Shown here in pieces: positions 36,030-48,334 of a stretch of 64,000 nt of DNA (its first letter is position 1; each line of letters starts with the position of its first letter). The notes beneath the pieces were generated by a model, which saw only the letters and a list, made by a program, of their open reading frames with translations, had not been told where the DNA came from and did not search any database. This DNA comes from Octopus sinensis (lineage: Eukaryota), in contig NC_043007.1 of the NCBI RefSeq assembly GCF_006345805.1, positions 38,254,001 through 38,318,000 on the forward strand, given 5' to 3'. The translations under genes were made by a program, and so were the position numbers.

Positions 36030-38726
36030 TATATATCAAAACTGCTGTTTTGATGTATACATATATTTGTTCTTATGCAGCTTATCTAGGGCAACATTAA
36101 TTATTCAAGTATTAATTTTAGGGAGATTTTATTGCTATTTCTAGCAGATTGAGTAACCACAGAAGTTTCTTTGTTGGTTCAGATCCAGTGTTATTGCTAT
36201 TGTTGTTTAACCCCAGGTAGCCCTGATGAAAAACCTTCCAATAATGATAATCCTATCTTGGTTATGTTTTCTCACACAGTTTATTGAAGACTTCATCAAT
36301 GATTTGAGGGAGACTCAACCTTTTATTTTTAGCAGCTCCACTCACCGTGTAGAGCTTCTCTTGGATCAAATGCATGTTTAGCCCCAAATCAATTCCTACT
36401 GAGCTGACCTAAATCTCAAAACCATCCTAGCAATAACCATCCTGTTTTGCTTGTTTGTTTTTTCTCTAGGCACAGCATATCTAGAACTACATGATTCTGT
36501 GTGTTCTTTACATACTTTTAAGATAGTAGGATATGATTTGAAGATTTGGCTGCTCTTTTAGCAGATCAATCAGCTATGTAGAGAGTGAATCATCAGTTCA
36601 GGGCTTTATTTATTGTCGTAGAGATACCAGCCAAATCTCCCTCAAATCATGTGAAGTCTAGTTTTGGAAAAATTCACTGGAAGCGGTCAGCAGCCTTGCA
36701 CAGAGTTTGGTTATTGGTATTGCAGTGGCTCTGCTGCTTATGTTTTTAACATTTGTTCAGGTCAATTGGAAATGTTATTGATTATATAATGTATACTAGT
36801 TTATATAATGTATACCTATCATACAACAGGTAATTTTGAAACTATATTTTTATCACCATAGGCAATATCAGAAAATATGGTATACATACAATATTTACAA
36901 GTATAATTTAACTTTTATGAAGTTTCTTGGTGCTTAAACAAAATGATGAAATGAATACTAATTTCCAAAAGAAAAAATATGCATTACCTTCAAATTAAAT
37001 AAAATTAATCTCTCATTTGTAATTTTGCAATAAATGTTATTTTGCTTAAATTTTATCAAAATATTCACAAGCTACTCATAAAAAAATCTATCTCTTCAAA
37101 GTTTCATAAAAAAAAAATGTATTTTTTTGGAAGTTATAAATACTCGTTCTGTACTTCTTATGCTAACACTCTTTGTACTTCTCTTTGAATCTCGCCTCCT
37201 TCCCCCTCCTCTCTCGATATGAGGTAAAGTGAGACTGGAGAAATCAACCACCAACATTTATATCGACTGTTATTAAGTAGAGTTAGTATTGTAGTTATAG
37301 TACAGCAGTTCTTAAGTTTGAATGGTTGTGCTCCATCGGTGGTGGGACATTGTGAAGTCACAAGACGGAGGTAAATGCCAATGAGTAGCTATGGAGGATG
37401 CTGGATGTACAGAGGTGGAGTCATAATTCTGGGTTTCTTTTAAAAAAATATTTAAACCACATACATTACTTATATCTCAAATACAAATACACTTCCCTGA
37501 ATACTGCCCTCCCCCAATATTTGTTGGGATTAGAATATAAGTAGGACATTATGTTACCAATGAGTTGCAATTTGACTGATGATGTGCCAAGGTCCCACCT
37601 AATTTCATTACATACATGTCCTTCTCTTCTTTAATAATTCTCATATGTCTTATATTGGAGGGTGCTACTCCATAAAAATATATAAAAAGAGGCACATACT
37701 ACATGGGACAGTATAAGAAATATGGATTATAAACCACTGCACATAAGAAAATGTATTTATTGGCATAACTGTTTCATTACCATTGCAGGCTGAATAGACT
37801 AAACCTTTGAAATGATAATCATATATAGACACACAAACATACAATACTGAATCTCTCTCTCTCTCTCTCTTTCCCTCCCCTCCTCTCTCTCTCTTCTGTT
37901 TGATTAAAATAATCTGGTGATTTTTCTGTTTTGTTTTGCAAACTCTGCAAAGGAAGCATTTGTAAAACATCATTCGTTGAAAGGGGGTGCAGAGCTACAA
38001 AAGAACATGGAAGCATTGTTCGTGTATGATAACAACACATTTGGATATTTGTGGGTCGATGGACATGTACAGGGTGCAGCCAAAAAAACCATCTCCCCTT
38101 CTCCATTATTGATAAATGTTTCAACTGCAAATAGATGGTATGCATCAATCCAGACCACAGTGGTCAATGTAAAAAAGAAAAAAGAGAAACAGTAAAGCCT
38201 TAGGTGAGATGGCAGAAACGTTAGTACACTGGGCAAAATGCTTAGCAGTATTTCGTCTGCTGCTACGCTCTGAGTTCAAATTCCGCCGAGGTCAACTTTG
38301 CCTTTCATCCTTTCGGGGTCGATTGAATAAGTACCAGTTACGCACTGGGGTCGATATAATCGACTTAATCCATTTGTCTGTCCTTGTTTGTCCTCTCTGT
38401 GGGTAGTCCCTTGTGTGTAGTAAAGAAATAAGAAATAGTAAAACCTTAGTTACATGAAGACACCATTACCATCTGCCCACTTTCCTTACTTCACTAACAG
38501 CAGGATGCTGTAGAGAAAGCTAGGGAAGGTTTTTTTTCTGCCAAGCCCTATATTTGTAATGGCTTCATGTATATATCGATGAACTGTGGTAATAATCTTT
38601 ATTTTTCCTGTCTCTAAATCATGTGGTTGATCTGTGGGTACCTCAAACAAAAGACCATATAATGGTGTGTTTTAACTTTGGGATGACATCTGATTTGATT
38701 TAACTGTCTTTACTTCTAATCTTCAG

Positions 38727-38873
38727 CGGTTTTCCGAGGAAAGTAACCTGGATAAAGTGCGTTTTGAAGAATGTGCCCACTATCTGGAGATCTACGGGAC
38801 ATATACTAATGTGGTGGACTTTTACCGAAGAAATGGTCACTGGTTCCGAGCTATCCAATTCATTCTTGACCAT
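38727..38873 (+). CDS. ZFYVE26: ZFYVE26 exon w16 (RFSEES...FEECAHYLEIYG...FILDH)
   Basis: cttcag / cat|gtaagt, ECxxYL motif. Confidence 0.92.
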
Positions 38874-39310
38874 GTAAGTTCCTCTCATTAACTTCTAAAA
38901 ATTACAGTTGATACCAAGTTTTAATTGGTCGAAATGATTTGATTTGATTTGAAGTGATTGACTTTTTCTTTTCCTGTTGATGTTTTGAAATAAGAAGGAT
39001 GTTAATAAAAAATATTTTATAAATCATAGCCTTTGCCAATAATTTTGTTTTAAAAAAAATTACATGAAATGATATCAAAAGATGTGTTTGTCTGTATGTG
39101 TAAGATATCTGTTTCATTACTCTAGCAGGATTGGGTAGACCAAATCCTTGTTATGGTAATCAGATATAAACAAACACAATGCATATGTGATACAAACACA
39201 CATACACAGACACGCACGCACACACTACCACCAAACTCAGAAACAAAGAAACAATAAATAGATGCTACAACACATTGCTCAGTGTTGTTTTGTATTATTT
39301 TCTGTTGCAG

Positions 39311-39508
39311 CAAAGTAGTCCGGAGGTGTTTGAAGAAAGTTTGCTGATTCCTGCCCTGAAGTCTGGCAACCTGCGTACCTTGCTTGACAAGATGCTCGTC
39401 ATAGACACATCCCTGGAGAAATGGAATGTTTATTTTACCAGTGCCTGTCGCTATCTTCTGAACCATAAGCTATATCATGTCCTTTATGAAGTTCAGCTTT
39501 TCATGAAG
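39311..39508 (+). CDS. ZFYVE26: ZFYVE26 exon w17 (QSSPEVF...LYEVQLFMK)
   Basis: ttgcag / aag|gtttgt, ORF 39275-39520. Confidence 0.95.
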
Positions 39509-40431
39509 GTTTGTATATAATATATATATAATACACACACACAAATCATCCCCATCATCATTTAATGTCTGTTTTCCCATACTGACATGGGTTAGACAGT
39601 TTTACAGGCTCACTGCCTTCTGTCCTGGCAGTCATCACCTACTCTCTCCCACCTTCCCTCCATCTGATGTATCATCATCTACCTCTCCACCCATGTCCAA
39701 CATTCACTCCTTATCCAATCTCTACATTCATCACCTTTTCCCTACCTTCCCTCCATATATTTATCATCAACCACTCCTCACCTCTTATCTATTCTCCATT
39801 TTTAGCCATCATTCACTCTCCCCATACATTCTTACAATCTTTACCCACACCCATTCTGTATTCTTCTGTCCCCAATTATTGAAAATATCTTGAGGGTCCA
39901 CCCTGACACATCATCACCATTATTTTATCTCTCTCTCTTTCTGGTTCCTCCCTGGCTATTCCCACCCACTCTTCTGTAGTGTGATTAGCCTTGTTGTTCC
40001 TCTACAGCAAGAAACCTATTTGGTTCTGACTCTTTCTTTCTTACTTAAACTTCTCATCTCCTAGCATGAAACCATCTTTCTCTTCTGTATCCCCGTTTAG
40101 TTGAAGAGATGTTGATGTTTCACTTATTATATAAGTGGTACCTATAATGACATTTTGATCAGTCACTCTGCAGTTTCCAAGAATGGTGGAGTATAAAAAT
40201 TTCTTACCTAGTAACAAAGATTATCCAGTCTTAAAATTCTACCTCAGATAACTCCTTGTCTAACCATATTGGCAAGGAAAAGTAGGTACTATGTAAAGTG
40301 GTTGGCATTAGGAAGGGCATTCAACTGTAAAAACCATTCTAAAATAGTGGTCTTGGTGCTGTCCTCTGGTTTGCCAGCTCCTGTGAAACCATCCAACCCA
40401 TGCCAGCATGGAAGACAGACATTAAATGATG

Positions 40432-40463
<32 letters not shown>

Positions 40464-41109
40464 ATGTATAAACAAACAACTTAACATATACTGAATGTAA
40501 AAATAAACAGAAGTCAAACAGAAAGTCCATAATTCTTCATCAACCAATGGTACTCTTCAGTTTCACACCTTTAACTATAAGACTGAATGCTTCCCAATCG
40601 GCAGTGCCCACAAAAGAAAGTTTTCTTGCATAGAGTTAGGGACAAGAGCTAACAAAATGAAACAAAAAAAAGCAAAATGACATAAAGTGTGATTTAGGAC
40701 AGTGGATTGTATATCTCACTAAAGCAAGACACCTATGTTTGTCCTTCTATCATACTTTAACCCTGCAACAGCTGACATAAAGCCACCTTCCATCCCACCT
40801 GTCAAATACTTAACCAAGGCGGCTTTCTTTTCCTTTTCTTGTCTTCATTGTCCTCTAAGTTACCTGACAACTTCAGTGACATAAAAAAACACCCAGTCCA
40901 TATGGCAGAGTGATTGGCATTAGGAAGGGCATTTAACCATAGAAACCATGCCAAAGCTGACATCAGAGCACATCAAGATCTGGTAGGGCTCACCAAGTTT
41001 TGTCAAGCCATCCAACCCATGCCAGCATGGAAAACAAGCGTTAATTGATTATGAAAATGATGATATAAATATATATATATAGATGTATGACTTTATTTTA
41101 TTTTTGCAG

Positions 41110-41384
41110 GATTTCATTCGAGCTTCAATGACATGTACTCGATACTTCTACTTAGGATCTGGACAGAGTTATGGAGACTTGGCTTCAGGTATAAATTGCC
41201 TCTATGAAGCTGAGAAGCACCTGCACTCTTATCTTGAACCGTCCCAATGGGGAAATGTGCCAAAACCACATTTCTTGGCCAGTCTATCCCCTGGTGCTAC
41301 ACCACAAAAGAGTTCATCATTGATGTCCACTGAGATGGAAGAGACGGCTGTTCGACTGATCAAAGTACCGTCCGAAGTGCAAAA
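41110..41384 (+). CDS. ZFYVE26: ZFYVE26 exon w18 (DFIRASMTC...PSEVQ)
   Basis: tttgcag / aa|gtaagt. Confidence 0.94.
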
Positions 41385-41464
41385 GTAAGTGACCATCACT
41401 CCAGATCCTTTTCCATGATCAATATTTTGCCATATGATGAGTAACATTCTGGTTTATAAAATAA

Positions 41465-41837
41465 CTAACAGTATCGCCCGGTGTTGCTTGGGTTTGTTTC
41501 GACCCTTTAGAATTGGAATTTTTGAAAAGTAAAAATTTTGCATTATGTAGCTTGTTATTCTCTTTAAGTGAACATTTTTCTGGTTGAAATACACTGAAAA
41601 AATGGTGACACAGCAGTCAAATAAATCGTAAAAAATAAGGATTTTCATGGAAAAAAAGCACCTTTTTGATTTTAACATGGTCCAATTTGAATTTTTTCTT
41701 CTACGGAATGAAGAGCAAGCCATCTACCATACTCTCAATTTTGGTCGACTTGTGCTGCAGGGTCTCGGAGGAGATAGTGTTAGTTGAAGGCTACCAAACC
41801 TGCCACACACAGACAACTTCAGCTTTATATATATAGA
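41465..41837 (-). mobile_element. Non-autonomous Helitron, shared termini but different interior
   Basis: ctaacagtatcgcccggtgttgcttgggtttg ... tttatatatataga. Confidence 0.78.
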
Positions 41838-42634
41838 TATTAGGAATGCAGAAGGTTTTAATAAAGCAAGTAACTTCATTATTAAATTGATGTTTGGATT
41901 ATATTAATTGAAAGTTTCTTTCATGAAATTTTGTGAGCAACATTGAATTTAAACAAAATACTTTAATCCTTTTACTGCTAAATCAGATACATTCAATCAA
42001 GATTCCATTACACAGATGTTAGTTTTTTTTAAGAAGTTTTCTTCCCAACTACATGGATTTGGGTTCAGTCCCACTGGGTGGCAGTTTGGGCTTGCGTCTT
42101 CTACCATAGCCCTTGGCTGATCAAACCTAGTGAATGGATTTGGTAGATGGAAACTGAAAGAAGCCCATCATATATGGGTGTTAGTATCTGTTTTGACATC
42201 ATGTGAGGTTGTAAACGAGTGTCACCACCATACAAGCATTGTCCATCATCCCTAATCTTCTGGGAAAATATGTCAGGCCATGGGAAAGGATTACCTTACT
42301 TGGAAATATGTAAGGATTGGTGATGGGAAGGGCATCCAACCTTAAAAATCCTGTCTCAACAAATTCCATCTGCCCCATGCAAGCATGAAAAAGTGCTGTT
42401 AAAACGATGATGATCTTAAAACAAAAGCTACTTGTGCCACTGAAAGTAATGTTGGGTCGCCAACAAAAGTCCATGTTTTCATGGGGCTTGCCAAGAATAT
42501 ATCCATCTGGCTAAGCCCCTCCCTCTTTTGGCCTAATAATTGCTGATGGAAATAAGAAATGGTGTTTGGTAAATTTATATAGATCTCAACTATGAAGTGA
42601 ATCTACATCACAGATTGGATTCTTAGAAGTTTAC

Positions 42635-42674
42635 CACACACACACAGACACACACATACACACACACACATACA

Positions 42675-42706
<32 letters not shown>

Positions 42707-42730
42707 TACACACACACACACATATACACA
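42635..42730 (+). repeat. (CA)n microsatellite
   Basis: Direct reading. Confidence 0.95.
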
Positions 42731-43195
42731 AGATAAGCTTCAGCACAGTTTCTTATTTCTTTATTGCCCACAAGGAGCTAAACATAGAGGGAACAAACAA
42801 GGACAAACAAGGGGATTAAGTCGATTACATTACCTCCAGTACGTAACTGGTACTTAATTTATCGATCCCGAAAAGATGAAAAGCAAAGTCGACCTAAGTG
42901 GAATTTGAACTCAGAACGTAACGGCAGATGAAATACCGCTAACGTTTCTGCCAGCTCGCCACCTTCAACACAGTTTCCGTCTATCAAATCTACTCACAAG
43001 GCATTGTTCAATACAGGGCTCTAGTAGAAGACACTTGCCCAAGGTGCAGCACAAAGGGACTGAACCTGAGACCACATGGTTGCAATGCGAATTTCTTCAC
43101 TACACGGCCTTACCTGTGCCTATGCTATATCTGCACCTAAATATTTTTTTTAAACCTATTATAATTTTTTTATTTTTGTCTTTCTTTCATTGCAG

Positions 43196-43367
43196 GCAAA
43201 TTCTTCGAATCAGATTGCAAATTGAAGTGACCAAGTTCTTGGAAGCCTGTCTGAACAAAGCTGATAATTCTGCTGCCAATGTTGCTGCCAGCTACTTGGC
43301 ATCCCACAAATATGGGGCACCAACACTTTTTGGAAATGCTCAGATCCGCATGGACTTGGTCACAATG
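43196..43367 (+). CDS. ZFYVE26: ZFYVE26 exon w19 (QILRIRLQIEVTKFL...PTLFGN...LVTM)
   Basis: ttgcag / atg|gtaagg, LQxEVTxFL and PTLFGN motifs. Confidence 0.94.
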
Positions 43368-44384
43368 GTAAGGCAACAGAAACAAAAATCTTTTCTTCAT
43401 TTGTTTCAGATTTGGTTTTTCACTCCAAATTTTATTTTGCCAGAATAGCTTATAAAATTTGGGTGTGTGTATGTGTGTGTCTTCTTCAATTTTTTGACCA
43501 CTTAGATTCTAGGAAATGTTATGATATGCAAATTTTTTCACCATCATCATCATCGTTTAACGTCCGTTTTCCATGCTAGCATGGGTTGGATGGTTCGACC
43601 AAGGTCTGGGAAGCCAGGAGGCTGCACCAGGCTCCAGTCTGATCTGGCAGTGTTTCTACAGCTGGATGCCCTTCCTAACGCCAACCACTCTGTGAGTGTA
43701 GTGGGTGCTTTTTACGTGCCACTAGCACAGGTGCCAGGGGAGGCTGGCAGCGACCACGATCAGATGGTGCTTTTTACATGCCACCGGCACAGAAGCCAGT
43801 GAAAGCACCACTGGCATCGGCCACGTTCAGATCACTGAGACAAAAAAGAAAATAAATAAAATAAACCACGTATCCACTGAATTTATTTCATGCAGATATG
43901 AAAATACTGAGAAACTTGTGTCATTCATTATAAATTGAGGTACAGCTGTGTTGTTACATGTGAAGTCTGCTTTGAAACCCTATGATTTTTGGGTTCAGTC
44001 CTACTGCAAGGAATTGTGGATGAATTTGATAGGTGGAAACCATACAAAGCCTTTGTTTGTGTGTGTGTCTGTCTATCTGTCTATCATGTGATCAACTAGA
44101 CTATCAGATGCTGTTATACATTGCTAGGCTTCTTTAAAACATGTTGGTAATTAATGAAGCTATCCTCCCAGATGTTTACAGCCACAAATTATCAATCATC
44201 TGGACTGTCTTGATCATTCATTAGCTGATTTTCTGTTACATCCCACCCCTCCCATCACTTACACATAATTAATGGTTAGCCAACAAAGGTTAGGAAGCAT
44301 TTATGTGGTTACTTGACTCGCGAGAAAAGAAATGACCAAATCTTCCTCAAATAACACCCTATGACTTCTTAAAAGAAAGACATA

Positions 44385-44790
44385 CTCTTTTACTCTTTTC
44401 AGTCACTTGACTGTGGCCATGTTGGAGCACCACCTTTAGTTGAGCAAATCGACTCCAAGACTCGTTCTTTATAAGCCTAGTACTTATTCTATCAGTCTCT
44501 TTTGCTGAACCGCTAAGTTATGGGGACATAAACATGCCAGCATTGGTTGTCAAGCGATGTTGGGGAGACAAGCACGGACACACAAACAAACACACACACA
44601 CATATATATATATGCATATACATATATTCGATGGGCTTCTTTCAGTTTCCGTCTACCAAATCCACTCACAAGGCTTTGGTCGGCCCGAGGCTATAGTAGA
44701 AGACACTTGCCCAAGGTGCCACGCAGTGGGACTGAACCTGGAACCATGTGGTTGGTAAGCAAGCTACTTACCACACAGCCACTCCTGCGT
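44385..44790 (-). mobile_element. Abundant octopus-type SINE with internal (CA/TA)n; other copies ~4060, 5765, 15935, 21180, 27170, 33540, 42040, 48870
   Basis: Shared ggctgtgtggtaag...ggttcagtcccactg...gatttggtagacggaaactgaaagaagccc and tail cagtcaaatgactgaaacaagtaaaag. Confidence 0.88.
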
Positions 44791-44994
44791 CAATTGAATA
44801 ATGTAGTACTAGGTACACTGTCCAAAAAAATTTTTTTTAATAAAAAATTGTTTATAACTGGTATGATTATAGAACTGGTGGTTATAGAACTAGCAGAATT
44901 GTTAGCATGCTGGGCAAAAGGCTTAGCAGTGTTTCGTCTGTTGATACATTCCGAGTTCAAATTCTACCAAGGTCAATTTTTGCCTCTCATCCTT

Positions 44995-45495
44995 TATGTC
45001 TGTCTGTGTCATCCCTCAGGATGTTCCAAGACTATTTCCACATGTTTTCCCCACTCATCTCAATTTTCCATAATGGTCCTCAGCACCTGTACCTCTTCCA
45101 TACCAGTATCCACCCCACAAGTTATCAATATGGGTCATCTTCCTCCTTCCTCTCCTGGTTCTTCTTTCTGTTGGCTGCAAGAGCACAACCTTGTTAGCAA
45201 TTTCATCGGTATGTCTGATGCAGCATCCAGTAAGCTTCATCCTTCTATGCTGTATCTTCAATGTTACTTTTGGTAATCCCTGGTATAAGTTAGCATTTAT
45301 TGTATGACTCTTCCAGGAGACATTAAGTACCATTCTAAGCATCCTCATATAACAACCATCCAACTGCTTCTTCCATGCTTTAGTGAGCATCCATGTTTCA
45401 TCCCTGTATAGAAGAACAGACTCCACTGTTGCCATAAACAACATCACTTTCAATTTCCTTGCTCACTTTGAACTCCATACCTTTCTCAATTTCTG
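44995..45495 (-). mobile_element. 3' fragment of a second RTE-like LINE inserted into a SINE
   Basis: ORF 45055-45453 (VESVLLY.ETW.LTK...LDGCY.RMLR.VLNVSW). SINE core interrupted at ...cctctcatcctt / gatcgataaaataaataccag. Confidence 0.8.
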
Positions 45496-45642
45496 GATCG
45501 ATAAAATAAATACCAGTTGAGTACTGAGGTTGATGTAATCAACTTAAACCTCCCTCAAAATTGCTGGCTTTGTGCCAAAATTTGAAACCAATATTAAAAC
45601 ATTTTATTTTGAATTTTAATTCTTCATTAGAATTTAGTTTAA

Positions 45643-45861
45643 CCCTTTAGTATTTAAACCGGCCATATCCGGCCAAAATATTTAATCTGTTTTATGTTCA
45701 AACTGACCAGATCCAGGCTCTCACACCTACCCTACAATGTTATTCTACATTAAGTAATTACACCATCAAGATCTTGAAGATATGAGATAATGCATGATTA
45801 ATTCAAATCAATGGGAATCAATAAGCATTATGTTTGATAGAAAAATCTGAACACTAAAGGG
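45643..45861. mobile_element. piggyBac-like MITE
   Basis: TTAA|CCCTTTAG ... CTAAAGGG|TTAA. Confidence 0.8.
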
Positions 45862-45964
45862 TTAAAGTTAAAATATCCAGTAAATTTGTTTTTCTCTGAA
45901 CTCTGTGTTGTTGTTAAATGGTTTTTACCAATATCTTAAACTTTTTTGATCTTTTTTCCACCAG

Positions 45965-46036
45965 ATATTGCTGAGCTGTGATGGTTCAGAGGAAGACCGA
46001 AAAGAAGGTTATGACATAGTATTGAGAATAATCAAG
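45965..46036 (+). CDS. ZFYVE26: ZFYVE26 exon w20 (ILLSCDGSEEDRKEGYDIVLRIIK)
   Basis: ccaccag / aag|gtttgt, 72 nt. Confidence 0.9.
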
Positions 46037-46097
46037 GTTTGTGTACTTCTTTTTTGCAAGTGTCATCATCAGTGTCAACATCATCATTGTCATCATT

Positions 46098-46410
46098 AAA
46101 AAAAAAAAGTCACCCTTTTCAAGCCTAGCCTAGCCCGGCCCATGGGCCCGGTTTCTGTGGCGTATGTGTTTCCCCCAACTGGACGGGACGCCAGTCTATC
46201 GCAGTGTTACTCAAGAAACAGGAAGAGAGAGTGAGAGAAAGTTGTGGTGAAAGAGTACAACAGGGGTCACCACCACCCCCTGCCGGAGCCTCGTGGAGCT
46301 TTTAGGTGTTATCGCTCAATAAACACACACAATGCCTGGCCTGGGAATCGAAACTGTGATCCTCCGAACGCGAGTCCACTGCCCTAACAACTAGGCCATT
46401 GCGCTTCCAC
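46098..46410 (-). mobile_element. tRNA-derived SINE (same family as 20485)
   Basis: Reverse-complement copy, TSD cattgtcatcatta. Confidence 0.88.
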
Positions 46411-47150
46411 CATTGTCATCATTATTTAACGTTTATGTTCCAAGTGCTCATGCAGTGACATGTAGAAGTGCCCATGCAGTAGCATCACATAAAAGCACTC
46501 ATGCAGTACTACGTAAAAGCGCCCATGCAATGCCATGTAAATGTGCCTGTGTGGTGCTACATAAAACCACCCAGCACACTCTATCAGATGGTTGGCATTA
46601 GGAAGGGCATCCAGCCATAGAAACCTTGGCAAATCAGACTGGAGTCTGGTGCAGCTCCCCCAGCTTGCCAGCTCTCGTCACACCATCCAATCCATGCTAG
46701 CATGGACAATGGACGTTAAATGGTGATGATGATGATGATGATGTTCCAAGCTGGCATGGGTTGGATGGTTTGAGACAGGATTCGTTAAGTCCAGAAACTG
46801 CCTCATGTTCCATTGTCTACTTTGGCATGGTTTCTACAGCTGGATGCTTTTCCTGATGCCAACATGCCCTCCTTGCCACCTGTGTGCATGTGAATGTGTT
46901 TGTGTGTTGTTGTTGTTCTTTAGCACCTGGTCAGCCCCAACTGAGCAAATTCATGAACAAAGGCGGTGCTCTAACATGGTCACAGTCAAATGACTGAAAC
47001 AAGTAAAAGAATAGGTTTTTCACCTATAGTCATTTTGTACTTTTATTTGTTTGTATTTTGCTTATTCTCCATGGTCTTTTACTTATCTTACTTTTTTTCT
47101 CTTTTTTAAGTTATTTTCCTCACTTTTCTTTCTCTTCTTATTTTCTACAG

Positions 47151-47342
47151 GAATACAGGTTGGACAAGAAGACAACCTTCTGCCATGTCGGTCGAGGCCT
47201 AGTCAAGCTTCATCGCTACAATGACATCAAGTTCTTAGTCAACTGGATCGCTGCCAATAAACTAGGAGACAGCAGGATGTGTGATGCTGTCATTGATGCT
47301 TGCTTGATAGGCATTGCAGACAAGAGGCACACGTTTACTGAG
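47151..47342 (+). CDS. ZFYVE26: ZFYVE26 exon w21 (EYRLDKK...DKRHTFTE)
   Basis: ttctacag / gag|gtaata, 192 nt. Confidence 0.92.
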
Positions 47343-47438
47343 GTAATAAGGATTTTTATTTATACTAAGTACAAGGTAAATTTTTTGTTGGGAAGAAAGC
47401 ATTGTCATTCAGATATGACTAAATATATTGATTGATTT

Positions 47439-47728
47439 GTGGAGGTGCAATGGCCCAGTGGTTAGGGCAGTGGATCGCAGTTTCAATTCCCAGACTGGGC
47501 GTTGTGAGTATTTACTGAGCGAAAACAACCTAAAGTTCCATTAGGCTCTGGCAGGGGGGGGTGGCGATCTCTACTGTACTCTTTTGCCACAACTTTCTCT
47601 CACTCTTTCTTCTGTTGGCCTGCTTGCTTAGCCAGCGGGGTGGCGTCATTTGAAGGCTAAAACAATGCGAAGCGCTTTGTGACCAGCGACGTGTAGCAAC
47701 ATCTGATAGCCTGGTTGATCACAGTGAT
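47439..47728 (+). mobile_element. tRNA-derived SINE with the same head and a different 3' tail
   Basis: gtggaggtgcaatggcccagtggttagggcag head; tail agccagcggggtggcgtcatt also at ~21470-21580. Confidence 0.8.
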
Positions 47729-48177
47729 ATTGATTGATTTAAAGGTGGGGTTCTGGCAGAATCATTAGCACACTGAGCAAAATGCCTTGTGGCATTTCAT
47801 CTGTCTTTACATTCTGAGTTCAAATGCTACTGGTGTTGACCTTGCCATTCATCCGTTCAGGGTTGATAAAATAAGTACAAGTTGTGCACTGGGGTCACTC
47901 CAATCGACTTAACTCCTACCTCCAAAATTGCAGGCCTTGTGCCAAAATTTGAAACCAATATATTGACTGATTCAATTAAGCCCTTTGCTCCCTATGGAAC
48001 ATAGACCATTAATATTGTTCTCTACTCTGGCTGTATTTTTCGGTGGAATTTGAACTCAGAACATAAAGACAGAAGAAATACTGCTCAGCATTTCGCCCGG
48101 CATGCTAATGTTTCTGCCAGCTTGCTGCCTTTTTTTTTTAATCTTAGAAACAATCACCATCATCATCATCATCATCA

Positions 48178-48208
<31 letters not shown>

Positions 48209-48277
48209 GTTTGTTTGTTTTGCTTTGCAAATGATAATGATAATGATTACATCAAAAGCAACATATTTTATTTTTAG

Positions 48278-48334
48278 ATGCAACTGAAGGAGTCTGGAAG
48301 TCTTATTGACTATATCAAAGCTGATTCTAATAAA
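48278..48334 (+). CDS. ZFYVE26: ZFYVE26 exon w22 (MQLKESGSLIDYIKADSNK)
   Basis: tttttag / aaa|gtaagt, 57 nt. Confidence 0.88.

Noticed and set aside
37158-37425. Minus-strand ORF with Cys pairs
   Set aside because: In-frame TAG between the ATG and the body, no strong splice support; better treated as possible UTR.
44557-45276. 239-aa ORF
   Set aside because: Chance read-through across two SINEs and an antisense LINE fragment.
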